Assembly: GCA_951406725.2 (NCBI GenBank)
Contig: OX597821.1
Coordinates: 88,908,001 to 88,972,000 of the forward strand
Origin: Octopus vulgaris
Lineage: Eukaryota
Direction of reading: 5' to 3'
DNA length: 64,000 nucleotides
This document shows, piece by piece, positions 24,382 through 38,630 of the stretch. The translations under genes were made by a program, and so were the position numbers. Position 1 is the first letter of the stretch. Each line of letters opens with the position of its first letter. The notes beneath the pieces were generated by a model that worked only from the letters and a program-made list of their open reading frames with translations, had not been told where the DNA came from and searched no databases.

Positions 24382-27300
24382 GTATTGTACTTGCAATATC
24401 TTGATCAAATTCCAGCAAGAAAATATTTCATTTTACTATATGAAGTATAGCTGCGATTAGAGAAAGTTTTTATGGAACTGCAAAATATTATTACATGGAT
24501 TGTAAAGGAACAGGAGCTACACAACAAGAGTTGTAACATGCACCAGTCATCAGCTAATGAGTCTTGAGTGAAACAGTACAGTATTGGAGTCACGTTGCAT
24601 CATCATACTATTTCAACAGGACGAAAAACCTAGTATTTCATGTTATCTCTTTCTATATGGTTTGCTGTTTGCTTCTCTACAAGATTTTTGCACCTTTCAG
24701 CACGTTTTTTATCCAGCGCAATGACTCGTACACTCTCTTTCTACAGTCAAATTTGCTGATTTGAACATTTTTAGTTTCTTACTGCTCATCATAAAGTAGC
24801 CTGATTTGCTTGAATGTTACCTTTAGTAGGTAGAATCCAATCTGATTAAATGCACCGGTGACATTAAAACCATACACTATTTCAGGAAACATACTGTCAC
24901 ATGGTAGGTAAAAATATGATATATGCTTAAAAGTTTAACCAGAGATCTAATCTATTGACTTCACTCAAATTTTCTCTTCCGAATACTGTTGAAAATTAAC
25001 CAGGAAAGTATTTTCTAGAACAAGCCTCTACTGAAATGTTTACTTTCTAAACTACTTTGGTCCTACTGAAAACGCTAAAATGTTCCTCAGAGAATGAAGA
25101 ACATTATTATTATCTCTTGGTAGCATTTGAATATTTTGTGCTGAAAATTATAAAAAGAAGGCACTTAAGATACTCAAATACAAGTTTAGTTAAAGGGTAA
25201 ACGACAAACTTGCCTCAAAAATACTTTCTTTTAATGTCTTCCATGAAGAAAAAAAACAGATTACACGTCATTAATCCCAGTAAATTGTTCTTCAAGATCT
25301 GTCTGATGATAGAATTTGGATTTGGATTTTATATTGATAAATAATATTGAAATTTGGCATATCTGCAACATTCGAAATATTAGTTTCGAAAGATATAATC
25401 TTCATTATATTCGGTACCAGAATAATTTTCTGGAAGAGTAGAAGGCAAATTCAACCACATCAGAATTATAGCTCAGAAAATATACAGTCTTAAGTAGAGT
25501 GCCTTAAGGCACTCCACTGATCCTGTCTCGATGCCACTTTTGGTTGAAATAATTTTGCCATTAATTATATATAAATCCTTTTCAAGCGAAAATGTAATAG
25601 TGCAAGTGGCTACAGAAATTGCAGGTCTGCATATTTTTAAATACACCTTATTCGATGTTTACTACTAACTAGATGATCAAACTCAATCACCATTTGAAAC
25701 CTTTAAAAAATCCGTGTGAAATTGATAATTTGGTGTCTGTATCCCCATTACTTCTATACGCATCGTGATTTTTCTTCAAGATATTGACGATTGGCTAAGA
25801 TTCTTAATTCTGAAAGTTTTTCAAACACATATATTGCGTCATTCATATACTTTAAGATTGAAAGCACTCGTCAGAAGTAATTAATGGTGGTTGCTCACTT
25901 GAAAAGAAATTGAAGCAATGGTGAAGAATTGTCAGTATTGTTTATTAGCAATGAAAGCATTGCCTCGGTTTGATTCACACCCATGGCTTCTATTGCAACA
26001 GCTTTAGGCACGCATATCTATTGATTTTGTCAGTCCAATGGGCGAAGTTTGTGTTTTTCAATCAAATAGTTGCTCCTTCAAAACAATTTGAAGTTTAAGT
26101 AATACTTGGAGAAAATTTGTATCCCTCACTGTCAAAATCACATGGTTATCAAATGAAACAGAATTACTCTGTAGCTGGATTTGCTCGTAATATCAGACAC
26201 AGGTTTCACTGTTTTAGAACTAAATTGGTCTTAGTTGGCATCTATCTAATCATAAATATAACTCATCAGAGATGACTAGCACGAAACAATTATCATATCG
26301 CATACAACCAGATACGGAAATCCTACATAGTCGTTTAGCATCCAACAATTAGCAACCGGAGTTCACTTAATAAACAACTTACATCGTTAACTAAAGAAAG
26401 AGCTATAGATAATGAACAGTCACACAGGATAATGTTGTACAAGTCATACAGAAATTGATGGAATAGTCATATTTGAATTATCTTCGAACATATGTGATCG
26501 ACTCAGATTTGACCTGAGCTACACAACAATAATTCCAACTACCATTCTGTTTACTCAGCTGTATACAACATATTAGAAAAGCTTTGTTATATCTTACCCT
26601 AATATTTAGGAGGAACGTTTCATCATATGTTTCGAGTGGACTTTAATTAAGTGAGATGAATAAGCGTTATTGAAAATACAAATACAACCTTTTTTAAATT
26701 ACAAAGCAAACACCCGTATATGTCTCCTAGGATTCTAACAGAAATCGTGCTTTGACGTTAACATCTGTCGAAATTATTTTATGCAATCATTGTAACTCCT
26801 TTGTGGTATACGGTAAAGAAACAATTATTCTGCAAAGACAAAGACAAAGCAAATCAATTTGACGAGATTTGTTTACTTTCAAAATTATCATAGACATACA
26901 GAAAATAGACTCCTGGTTATATTCACAAGAAATATAAGAGGTAAACTTAGATGAACAATATTTCAGACACATAAACCAATTTACATAAAGAGACAAGTCT
27001 AAATCTGTATCGATCTCAATTTTCTCACAAATACGATGATGGTTATACTAAAGTGTATTTGCGTTGTCTATTTCTGTATCAGGAGAAAAACTAAATTAAA
27101 CAAACGAAGCAATTCGAAATGTCAATTTAAAGTTGAGTCCCCTAATTATTATTATTATTATTACGATGGGTGGCGAAAGATTGGATAACATATGTAATAA
27201 AATTTCAATGAATTAGATTTACATTTTAGTTCGAGTAAGAAGAAAAAAAACTAACGGTGCTTGTTTGCGTCAATCAAAGAAAACGGCAGATAATTACAAG

Positions 27301-29086
27301 AAGTTTAAGATTTAATTTCACAGAAAATTGAATTTTCATACTTATAGGAAATATCTGATCTATGCAGTCAAGTCAGGAGCACCTGTGAAAGTCCTGTATT
27401 ATTTGACCTCACAAGCAATTCTATTTAATCAGTGGACATTACCAAGCGGATTTTTACAAATAGGAAAGCATCTATGAGCTTATGTACTCTACATAATTCC
27501 AAAAGTATGCTAAGTACAATAATTCAAGTGAGACCGAATCATAGATTATAATAATTTATGCACATGGTGATGCTTTGAATGCCAGACATAAAAGATTCTC
27601 AATGGAGAGGAAAAGATGTCTCGGAAGCAGGAAATTTACATACTCTGCAAAATGATCTACCCACTTATTTGAGGGTGATTGTTTTTATCTACCACTAATT
27701 TTTGTTTATTTTTCTAACCGAAAAGAAAATTTCAATTGATTGAGACTTATATACCTTCAACATTAGATAAATTACCACCTACCTGAAATAATTAAAACTT
27801 TTAGTTCTTACTATTTATTATTATTATTTAACTACGAAAAATATTACAATATGAGAATTTCAAACGATGAAGTTTTGGGGGGCTAATCCTATATTTAATC
27901 ATATCAAGTGTTATTGAGTAATCAACATAGAAATTGACTCCGGTGTAAAGTAAAATATCTCTTTTTAGTTTAAGTACTTGCTTCTGACGGAAGGTGTTGC
28001 ACCCATAGCTTTCACATACCCGCATTGACTCTAAGACTGACGTTGTTGATATCAGTTCTTCTTAAACATCACAAGTGGATAGCAGTAAGAAAAGTGGGGA
28101 CAGGTTGAGGATTCAACAACTTTAATGTTATGGGGAAAATGAGCCGAAAATGTAATGAGTGAGGTGTCTGGAGGATGAACACAGTACGGGTGGTAAAAGA
28201 AAGAAGAGGAAACACGAGTAAATCAAATGGACATGAGTAGAAGTAACATGATATCAACCACCTCCGCGGAATAGATACCACTGCAGTAAGTGTTATATAC
28301 AGCGTGAGAAGAGTTGACATTTGTAAGAATTTTCTTGATGAGAAATTTCTTCCTAATCTACCTGGCGGTGTTTTAAGCAGTTTATGATGTCTAGTATGTA
28401 GTTATTCCTCCGTCCTCGCAGTGGAAGCAGTATCTCATTATGAGTTTGATCTGTGTAGAAATATTGAACTCTAAACAACGTAATGCTATTTGAAAAATGT
28501 TTAGGCAGTCCATGTATACTAAAAGTTTTGCAGGAGGTGATATATTTTGTAATCCACACTGATGAAGAGATGTCATCATCATTATTATTTGGTTGATATC
28601 CTGAGCGCTATTGTTGATATCTTAAGTTGCTTTAATTAGCACATTTGGACACTTGTCAGACTATGAATATTCATGTAATTCTTACTCGCGGTCAATTATC
28701 TTCACGACTGTTAATCATCCATTTTGAATTATGTCGTAAGTAAAATTACGTCGCTATCTGTTTCTGTCCTTCGTACACTTTACAGAACTAAATCATGAAA
28801 TCACTCGGCAAAAACAAGCAACTCCATGTCTACAAAATATGTAAATTGTTGGTTTATATTCATTTAAGTACTGCAAGTTAGGAATTTTTCGTAAGTAACT
28901 TTAGTTGTTTTATCGATATATTTTGTAAATATCATATCGTTGTTCAACTTCAGGTCAACTCTGATCGTATTTTTTTTTTTAGTAAAGAAATGTTTCGAGG
29001 AGACTAATCTTTCACAAACAAATAATTATTCTACTCCAAATACTAGGCTTTCCCTTTTCCTCATGGCAATTTAAAATACTCCAGAT

Positions 29087-29101
29087 TTATTATTATTATT
29101 A

Positions 29102-29143
<42 letters not shown>

Positions 29144-29248
29144 TTATCATTATTATTATCATTATTATTATCATTATTATTATTATTATTATTATCATTA
29201 TTATTATTTTTATTAGTATTATTATTATTATCATTATTATTATTATTA

Positions 29249-29291
<43 letters not shown>

Positions 29292-29326
29292 CATTATTAT
29301 TATTATTATTATTATCATTATTATTA

Positions 29327-29393
<67 letters not shown>
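29087..29393. repeat. (ATT)n array with ATC variants
   Basis: Directly visible. Confidence 0.98.
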
Positions 29394-29394
<1 letters not shown>

Positions 29395-30702
29395 TATATT
29401 TACTGTTTATTTCAGTAGATTGATTATACTTTGCACAGAAGCAATGTTCTTTTAATATTAAGCAATGTCATGCAGAGGGCTGTTTTGTTTCAATTATCCT
29501 GTAACGTCATAATTGTGTACCACACCCAAGATATATTTATATATATATATATCAATAAGCTGGCTAGAAGTCAGCTATTCGGCTCATTAAAGCATCTCCT
29601 GTAACTTAGATCATAGATCCGCTGGACCAGAGAAGGTTTCTAGGGCTCAACGGCAAAAATTTTGACAACAACTCAGAACTAATCCAATCAGAAATTGTGT
29701 ATTTCATCAATGTGTGTGAAACTAACGGATGACTGGTATTGAATTGTGCTATGGTGATTTCTGGTAAATGCTTGTATATTTATCTTTTTGTTAAATTTAT
29801 GAAAGATCCAGATATTGTAACCTTATTATGAAGTTCACTTTGCAAATGCATTATCTCGTATTCCCTGGCACAAGCTATTAGCTTTTGTGCCAACATAGAT
29901 ATTCACAGATTGGACCAGTATCTGAAAGACATTCAGCAGGCGGAAACGTGGGAATTTATCCGGCTTCTCATTTTTAGTTGGAACTTTATTCATCATGCGG
30001 TATCCTTGGGTGCCCTTAACTGAGTCCACTCTGTCGCAAGCATCTTGACTATTTCAGCGTCAGAGAAAGACTTCCATCCGTGTTCTCTTCATTCCCGGAG
30101 GCTCGAAAATGCACTCGATCACTACTATTATGTCTTCTCGGGCTACACTATAAATGGTGTATTTTTGATGATAAAATTGTTCAGCGTTGAATAATGTAGA
30201 TTATTTTCATTTACACCACATTCATCAAGTCTGAGTTTCTTTGTTGCAAACTATTCATGTAGGCATGCGTGCGCGATGAGGTTATTATAAATATGTAATT
30301 TCAAATGCTGGTTTGATATTTTGAACGACCAGAAGACGGGCTTGTCTGATTCTAAGTTGTAATTTGTCTTCAGTGTATTTCAATGCTATCATTACATTAT
30401 CTTTATTATACTTGTGCCATTCGCATGGTGCTTTGTACTGTTGCGCACAATCTGTCGTTGATAGGGTTGGGCTCACCATAAAACAGTGAATTGTTGCTCA
30501 TGTCAGCTTCAGTTCAATGTTATTTAAAGAAATATCTCAGAATTATTGACATTTCCATTGTTGTCTTTGTCATTGTACCCTCTCATAACATTTTGTATTC
30601 CCCCACTATTAATTCACTTCTGCAGTAGTTAACCATAAACACATACGCGCACGCATGCGCAGCAATGTTCTCATATATGTATGCCCGTGTGTGTGTATAT
30701 AT

Positions 30703-30760
<58 letters not shown>

Positions 30761-30763
<3 letters not shown>

Positions 30764-30840
30764 GTGAGGGAAGAAATGGAGCTGAACGAAGATTTTCCAA
30801 AATTCCTTTTTACAAACAGCTCCATTTCTTCCCTCGCTAA
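30761..30840. repeat. Inverted repeat (24-bp arms, 32-nt spacer) at one end of an insert in (TA)n
   Basis: ttagtgagggaagaaatggagctg ... cagctccatttcttccctcgctaa, one mismatch. Confidence 0.92.
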
Positions 30841-30990
30841 ATATATAAAACTTCAATTATCCGCACCAAGGCACGGTTTCGATACCCCATGGTCGTAACC
30901 TCAACCGTGATTTTTCTGTTGTGATTTTTGCTACCCAGGTATCGGTTATAATTTGAATAATCCGTAACAAGATAATTCATTTATCCATTT

Positions 30991-31042
<52 letters not shown>

Positions 31043-31850
31043 TAAATAATATATATATATATATATATATTATTTATACTATTATATGATCGAACGCCAC
31101 GCATCCTCTTCCAAGTAAGTTTTTATCTTATATATATATATAAAATACAAAATGGGGCAAGAACGCAAAACATCCAGATAAACGATACAAAGAAAACAAG
31201 GACGGGTCATTCGGAGTTTTCTTTCCTCAGTCGAGTTCCAGATTATCTTTGTGATTTCAGCTGCTTATTCTCGAGATGGCTCCAATCTGGCCAGCCCCAA
31301 GGAAAAACTAAGCTAAGAGTATTAGATTCCTTTGCAGGAATTTTCCCTTTTGCTCTAACTTTAATTAACTTTACCTGCGGAATGCAGCTTTATATACCAA
31401 TTTGCATTCTGTTGAGGACCGTCGTATTTGAAACTGTGAGTTGATTGAAATATATTAAGTTTATTGAGGCAGCTAATTCAATTTTTTTAAACTTTAGACT
31501 GTGGCATCCTAGATGGTTATCTTCTACTAATACTTCGAGCAGTCGAGCAGACCAAAGACATGTTGCTGGAATTAGTAGGCATACACACAGGCTCACACAC
31601 TGACCCCAGAACTTATTCTTTGTAAGCGTAGTACTTATTTTATCGGCCCTCTTTGACGAACCGCTATATTACCGGGATGTAAGCAGGCCGACATCGGTTG
31701 TCCAGCAATGGTAGGGTGGGATAAACACAAACACACAAGCAGATATGTATATATATATGTACGGAGAATTCACAAAAAAACAAAAGACGGAGACATGTGG
31801 TGTAGAACACAAATAGATCTATTAGTATAACGCTCGGGAAGTGAAAAAGT

Positions 31851-31886
31851 CTTTAACGTTTCGAGCCTACGCTCTTCCACAGAAAG
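31851..31886 (-). ncRNA. Degenerate Penelope-type minimal hammerhead motif within an insert (31760-31951) in (TA)n
   Basis: Minus strand: CUUU-CUGUGGA-A-GAGC(GUAG)GCUC-GAA-ACGU-U-AAAG. Stems I and II pair; the core has A6->U and an extra A. Confidence 0.55.
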
Positions 31887-31950
31887 TAACAGACAAAGAA
31901 ACAAGGAGAGAAAACAAAGAATATGTGGTGGCTAGCGATCTATCATGACC

Positions 31951-31996
<46 letters not shown>

Positions 31997-31998
<2 letters not shown>

Positions 31999-32146
31999 GG
32001 CGGGCTTCTTTCAGTTTCCGTCTACCAATTCCACTCACAAGGCTTTGGTCGGCCTGAGGCTTGCCCAAGGTGTCACGCAGTGGGACTGAACCCAGAACCA
32101 TGTGGTTGGAAAGCAATCTTCTTACCACACAGCCACGCGTGCGCCT
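31997..32146 (-). mobile_element. SINE family A, 5' half
   Basis: Reverse complement of the family-A head and body. Confidence 0.88.
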
Positions 32147-32493
32147 ATATATACATACGTATGTGTGCGTGCGTGCGTGCGTGCGTGTGTGTTGCGTATC
32201 TTTTGTTTGTGCCAGTCATTTCACTGCGACCATTATGCTGGGGCACCATATTGAAGGGTTTTAGTCAAACATGTCGTCGACCAAAGACTTATTCTTTAAA
32301 GCTTAGGTCTTATTTTATCGGTCTCTTTACCGACCTGTTGTTACAGGGACATAAACACAGCAACACGACTTGTCAAGCGGTGTTGGGGTACAAGCAGAGG
32401 CACATAGACACACACGTCTATACACACACACGTCTATACACACACGAACACACGCACACTCACATGCACACACATAAAGGATAAAGAATGTAA

Positions 32494-32824
32494 AGACCGC
32501 CCCCCCCCCCCCGGTTATGAATGACCTTAGGAGATTTGTGCGTAGAAAGTTTCTCTCCGAGGCAGAAGAAGACCAGGCAAGATTGTCTATAGAAGATCAG
32601 CAGTCAACCATGCATCCCCTCTTCACGCCACCGATGTTATCCCAGCGAAAGGCAAAGGCTGATACAACTTCGTACTAGTGACGTTGCAACTCATTTCTAC
32701 AGCTGAGCGAACTGAAGCAACGTGAAGTAAAGTGTCTTGCTCAAGAGCGCAACACGCAGCCCTTCCGGAACACGAAATCACTACCTCATGATTGTGAGCT
32801 CGATGCTCTAACCACTGGGGCATA
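32494..32824 (-). mobile_element. SINE family C (diverged)
   Basis: Homologous to 8668-8995 along its length. Confidence 0.85.
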
Positions 32825-32866
<42 letters not shown>

Positions 32867-32869
<3 letters not shown>

Positions 32870-33283
32870 TCTTTACTCTTTTACTCTTTTACTTGTTTCA
32901 GTCCTTTGACTGCGGCCATGCTGGAGCACCGCCTTTAGTCGAGCGACTCGACCCCGGGACTTATTCTTTTTTTTGTAAGCCCAGTACTTATGCTATCGGT
33001 CTCTTTTGCCGAACCGCTAAGTAACGGGGACATAAACACACCAGCATCGGTTTTCAAGCAATGCTAGGGGGACAAACACAGACACACAAACAAACACACA
33101 TACATATATATACACATATATACGACAGGCTTCTTTCAGTTTCCGTCTACCAAATCCACTCACAAGGCATTGGTCGGCCCGGGGCTATAGCAGAAGACAC
33201 TTGCCCAAGATGCCACGCAGTGGGACTGAACCCGGAACCATGTGGTTGGTTAGCAAGCTACTTACCACACAGCCACTCCTGCG

Positions 33284-33285
<2 letters not shown>
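32867..33285 (-). mobile_element. SINE family A, full length, inserted in (TA)n
   Basis: Reverse complement near-identical to 50448 and 52985. Confidence 0.94.
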
Positions 33286-33382
<97 letters not shown>

Positions 33383-33558
33383 AAAAAATAAAAATTCCTG
33401 AAAGTACTGCTGTCATCATTTCTAAAAATAAACACTGAAAAATGGTTTGGCATCATTTCGAAAGAACAGCCAAGCAACTACTACTGCTATCCACAGGAAT
33501 GTATATAAAGGACAAAAGGTAACCAGTCAACCACAATCGAAGCGTTCCTGTCACAATC

Positions 33559-33601
33559 TGAACCTGATGAATGCTTAAATGCAAGAAAGTATACTAGTTC
33601 A
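33559..33601 (+). ncRNA. Minimal type I hammerhead motif in a Penelope pLTR-like fragment (~33380-33700)
   Basis: UGAAC-CUGAUGA-AUGC(UUAAAU)GCAA-GAA-AGUAUACU-A-GUUCA. 5-bp stem I, perfect core, palindromic helix III; the 10.1/11.1 pair is A.A. TATATAAA lies about 55 nt upstream and a T-rich tail downstream. Confidence 0.72.
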
Positions 33602-34453
33602 ATAAGAAAAGACATTTAATATTTAATTTTCAATATTTCATTTGTTCAATAAGACAATCAATACTTCATTTCATTTCTTTCTTACTATATATTCTATATC
33701 CTATATTAATATTATAAGAATATAAATAAAACATAAAAAACAGAGTTGGAGTTCCTTTGAGTAACATATTTTATGCACATACAAACTTCCAGTTTCCATC
33801 GTCTAAATTCACTCAGAAACTCGATGTTATAGTAAAAGAAACTTGCTTAAGGTGGCACGCAGTATAAATATATATATATATATATATTGCATACAAAAAT
33901 AGAAAATATTTTTTACATGAAAACTATTTCTCAGTGAAACTTTTCTGTGCTCCACATTTAATATTTTTATGTGTGATATCAAATGCATTCATATTTCTGC
34001 TGTATCCGTGAGCTCAGACGATATTGAAATCGTGATGAGACAGACATGAGCAAGAGAACATACATTTCATATACTATTAAAGGATTTTGTCGACAAAATA
34101 ATACCGCCGAAAAAAAAATGAAATGAAGAAAAAAATAAAATACTCCAGTCTTAAAACATATTTTCAAAAATTTATTGAGAAAACAAACAAACAAAACAAC
34201 TGTGGTATGCATGGCTGCGTTGAATAAATGTTAGTGGGACAGGTTCGATGCAAAAATGTAATCCATTTGTCTACATAATAATAAAATGAGGCAGTTGCAA
34301 CCAACTTAACCCACATTATAAAATTCCTTCATTCGCTTTCATCGTTTTAATTTTAGTTTATGACGCTGTATCATCAATATTACCACGTATGAAAGATGTG
34401 TATTCTACATTCCCAGCATTTTTAGGAAGAACATGTATGCATACGTATGTACG

Positions 34454-34454
<1 letters not shown>

Positions 34455-34516
<62 letters not shown>

Positions 34517-34584
34517 AACTTCAAACGAAATCCAATTCACAGTAAAAAATGCGAGTACTACGCTCTCCCTCCCTCCCTTAAATA

Positions 34585-34658
<74 letters not shown>

Positions 34659-34793
34659 GTGTGTATGTGTGTATATATATATATATATGTATGTGTATAT
34701 ATATATATATGTATGTGTATGTATATATATATATATTTATATATATATATGTGTGTGTGTATATATATATATATGTGTGTATATATATGTATG

Positions 34794-34846
<53 letters not shown>
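34455..34846. repeat. Compound (TA)n/(TG)n microsatellite with a short insert
   Basis: Directly visible. Confidence 0.97.
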
Positions 34847-34847
<1 letters not shown>

Positions 34848-35812
34848 AAACATCTGTATCGTCTATTCATTTTTATTAAGATATACATACATGTGTGTCG
34901 GTGTTCGAAATATTTATTATCACTATATCATCTTTTTGTTGATTACTTTACGCCGCTCTTTGCTGTTGCTCTACCCACGCCCTTGTCGACGTGAAGGAAG
35001 CTAATATTTCAAAGAACCATTTATTCTTGCTTTCATATTAAATTATTATGATGAATACAAGCCATATTGTTGTAAAACGAAACAGAAATTCCTATCAACC
35101 TTTATCAGCGTTATTTTCAATCCTAACGGCAGCAGTTCTATCAACACTTTGAAAGGCTTACCCAAAATAGCTTTTTCAACTAGCATAAATGATAGACCTC
35201 CATACAAAAGCTAATTTCTTACTTTATTTATTTGATATCTTAGTTCTTTACACTCCGAGTTCAAACCTCGCGTAAGTCAACTTTATTTCCAATTCACCGG
35301 GAGTGATAAAACAAATAGCAGTCTAAGTTGTCGGAGCAATATCATGCAGCGAATATTCACTTAAAACTTGTACCTGTGTTCAAAATTAATATCCTTCTGG
35401 GCTTTATATTCGTTATGATTTAATCTAGTTTTGCTATATTCATATTTTCATTTTCCAGTATGTATGTGTGCCATTTGTTTGTAATAATTTATATCTATTG
35501 GATTTTTTCTTGTTTTCATTAAGGTGTTTTTTTAAACATTTACTTTAATATTGTGGACGTTTATATCATAATTTCAGCAGTAGCGACCTCAGATCACGAG
35601 TGAGATGAAATAAAAGAATAACACAAAACACCAGCCTTTAAAATGATTGAGAACACTGCACTAAAATCAACAGCCGACTCCAGCGACAACAGTGGAAACT
35701 GTAGCAACACATGTTAGACGTTAAGGAGAATCGAGAATGACGTTGGCATTGCTATAAATGCGAACTAACAACTCGGGCAATAGCAATAACGCAATACTAT
35801 ACACCACAATAG

Positions 35813-36126
35813 TGGAGGCACATGGCCTAGTGGTTAGAGCAGCGGACTCGCGGTCGAGGGATCGCGTGTTCGAATCTCAGATATTGCGATGTGTGTGTTT
35901 ATGATCGAAGCACCTAAGCTCCACGCGGCTCCGGCAGAAGGTAATGGCGAAACTTCTGCTGACTCTTTCGCCACAACTTTCTCTCACTCTTTCCTCCTGC
36001 ATCTTGCAGCTCACCTGCGACGGGCTGGCGTCTCGTCCAGGTGGGGAACCTATACGCCAAGGAAACCGGGAAACCGGCCCTAATGAGCCAGGCGTGGCTC
36101 GAGGAGGAACAAACTAAAAAAAAATT
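35813..36126 (+). mobile_element. SINE family D1 (tRNA-derived), full length with TSD
   Basis: tggcctagtggttagagc A-box and gtgttcgaatc B-box. 11-bp direct repeat caccacaatag at 35802-35812 and 36127-36137. Confidence 0.92.
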
Positions 36127-36929
36127 CACCACAATAGCAGAGTGTAGCGGTGCAAAGCAGTAACAACATAAAGAATGGCAATACAAAAAATACCATTCTG
36201 TCCTCGGTAGAAAAATGGCAACCACCACTGCTGCCAACATCATGTTCACCACTTATACTCGAATGCTCATCACTATCTCAACCACTACAGCTGCTACAAA
36301 TGATATTTGTCACCATTACTTAAAACATCATCACCACTTCCGTCATCACAAACTCTTTCACCACCACCAATACTAATACCTATCATCTTAGCAACTCTAA
36401 ACAACATCGAAACCGCCACAGTTATCAAACCGCTGTTACAAACACCATTATCACCATCATCATTATTGCTACCAGCACAAACGTCGCCGGCAATATTACT
36501 GCCACCGCTACTTCAAGATACCAAGCGAGCACACGCCATTACCATTACTGTGACTAACTAGACAATCACTGCTACTACAAACTACACCGCCACTACTGCC
36601 AGCAAAGCCAGGTACCACCATCTCCACTACAAGCTACAACGCCAACAGAAAAATGTTTATTTTTATACATATGCCGCTATTTTCTCACTTTGTCGGAGTT
36701 AATTATGTAAGAAACACTTTAATTAGATTTGTTCAAAGCGAGGTCATATCACACGTTCCCGAATAATCCACTGACCTATGACCGGCTATCTTAATTCTAT
36801 TGCTTGGATCCTGCGTTTCATTATATTAAAAGCTGCTGTGCCAAACTAATAGAAGCAGAGATAGAAAATATGGTAGTAGAAGAATCTATGATGATGGAGG
36901 TGGTAGTGATAGTTAAGGTGGTGGTAATT

Positions 36930-37560
36930 TGACACAGTATATCTAGGGGATCATTGTAATACAGTTGAAGTGAAATTTTGTTAGCTATTTCTAGTTGGTT
37001 GTGTGATCATATGGAAGCTTTAAGTTTTCCTCCGGCGTAGGTATTATTGAAGGTGGTAGGGTTGATTGTGCTATTGCTGTTGTTGTTCTTGTTTAATCTC
37101 AGCTTTTCCCTTTTAGAGTAGACCTATAATCCAGCTGAGACAATTTCTCCTAATTTTTGTTTTTTTATAAATGCTGGGAACCCATGTAAACATTTGCTAA
37201 TGCTTAATTTTCGAAGACAATGTGAAATTATTTATACGGGCTTTATTGCTATTTCTAGCAAGTGCTACGACCACGTAGTGATCCCTAGAGATATGAAATA
37301 TAGATGGCAGCAGTGGCGGTATGTAGGAGGTGATAGCCCATTTGTTTTACACCAGTTCAACATGTATCGGGGAAAAATAGTATTTTCAAAGGCATTCTAT
37401 TGTTTTTCTCTCATGTTTTCGTTATTTTTTTATTAACAGAAACTGTATTCATCAATGTGTCCTGCTTCATTTAAGACGGCTAGATAATATTAGAGGGTAA
37501 TTTGGAAGGTATTTCAAACAGGACTAGCGACCTGGTAGCGGGTCTTCCATTGGTTCGCTG
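36930..37560 (+). mobile_element. Cluster of old dispersed-repeat fragments (gctatttctagcagg-type family)
   Basis: The motif ...gctatttctagca.g..g.gcgaccacgtag recurs at about 36985, 37250 and 37510. Related copies lie near 3690 and 21680, and on the minus strand near 48200, 49085, 56420 and 63185. Confidence 0.6.
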
Positions 37561-38630
37561 ATTGTGTTGTTGACTGTTAAGGTATTATTAGATTAGGATG
37601 ATAGTAGCAGTGATATGTGATTGATGATGGTTCAGGAGGTGATACTAGTGATAGTTGGCGATGATAGTGGTTGGCAATATAAAATCCTCTAGATTATTAA
37701 ACTTACAGGATATTAAATGTTTTGATGTTTTGAGATTGATTAATTGCCCCTATAACACGCTGATATTAAATATTGTAACAATCACTTTCTTTTCAGCCTG
37801 TCTTTGAATAGTGCTACTACAGTTGGTATCAATCTATCCATCAGCAGCCCATGAGAGGATATCAGGACATCATTACAAGCTAATAATTCGTTCATTAGTT
37901 TTACGGTATTCTAGTTGCTCAGAATGAGCTTAATTCTGCCTCTATAAAATTTGATGGACGTCTGTGATCGAACAATATTCCAACGACTCAGCAGGAATAG
38001 TGCAAGCCACACTCATGTGTTTTATTAAATATGATTATTGCGAATCCCATGACTTATTAAATTATTCTGACGAGACAAGAAAACTCTGAAAGCATCTTAT
38101 ATAAGTAACTGAACTCAGCATACTAAGCGAACAAAATGCCTATCACATAAAATACGTTATAAAGGCTATGACAGTCCAGAAAACAATATCAGGGACACAT
38201 CTCAGAGATTTTTTTCATTGGGACGATGGGAGAAAGCTATACTCAAAAAATTGATCTTGGCAGAATGTTGAAAACTTTGCGGATCAAGCCTTCATATTCA
38301 TCATATTTCCTTTCATACTAGTGTTGGCAAAGTGTTAAAGCAGTGGCGTCAAAAAGTCAGATGGTGGTGTTAAACAAAGCGACAGATGAATTTTTTACGC
38401 CAAAAGAGAATCATTTCATCATATTTTATTTAACATATTTTGTTTGAATTGCATCTATGATAGAAGACAATTGATCAAAGTATCAGATAAACGAGTGTAA
38501 ATCCAAGTTACGTATTTGCGTGGGTGATCTTGTTAGCCATTCATTTTGCTAGAATTTCGGAGACACACAATTTTTCAGTTCATGCATTAATTGGGTTACA
38601 TCTGGATTTTCTTGAGCGATACAGTACTCG

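Noticed and set aside
29835-30479. Non-repetitive short ORFs as candidate exons
   Set aside because: No recognisable domain, no consistent splice-site pair, and lengths expected by chance.
35813-35880. tRNA-like sequence (also the heads at 8995, 39890 and 58299)
   Set aside because: SINE heads: no proper acceptor stem, and they continue into SINE bodies with tails and TSDs.
38067-38105. CTGACGA...GAAA hammerhead-like match
   Set aside because: Stems I and II do not pair convincingly; likely chance. The same applies to matches at ~11065 and ~18920 on the minus strand.
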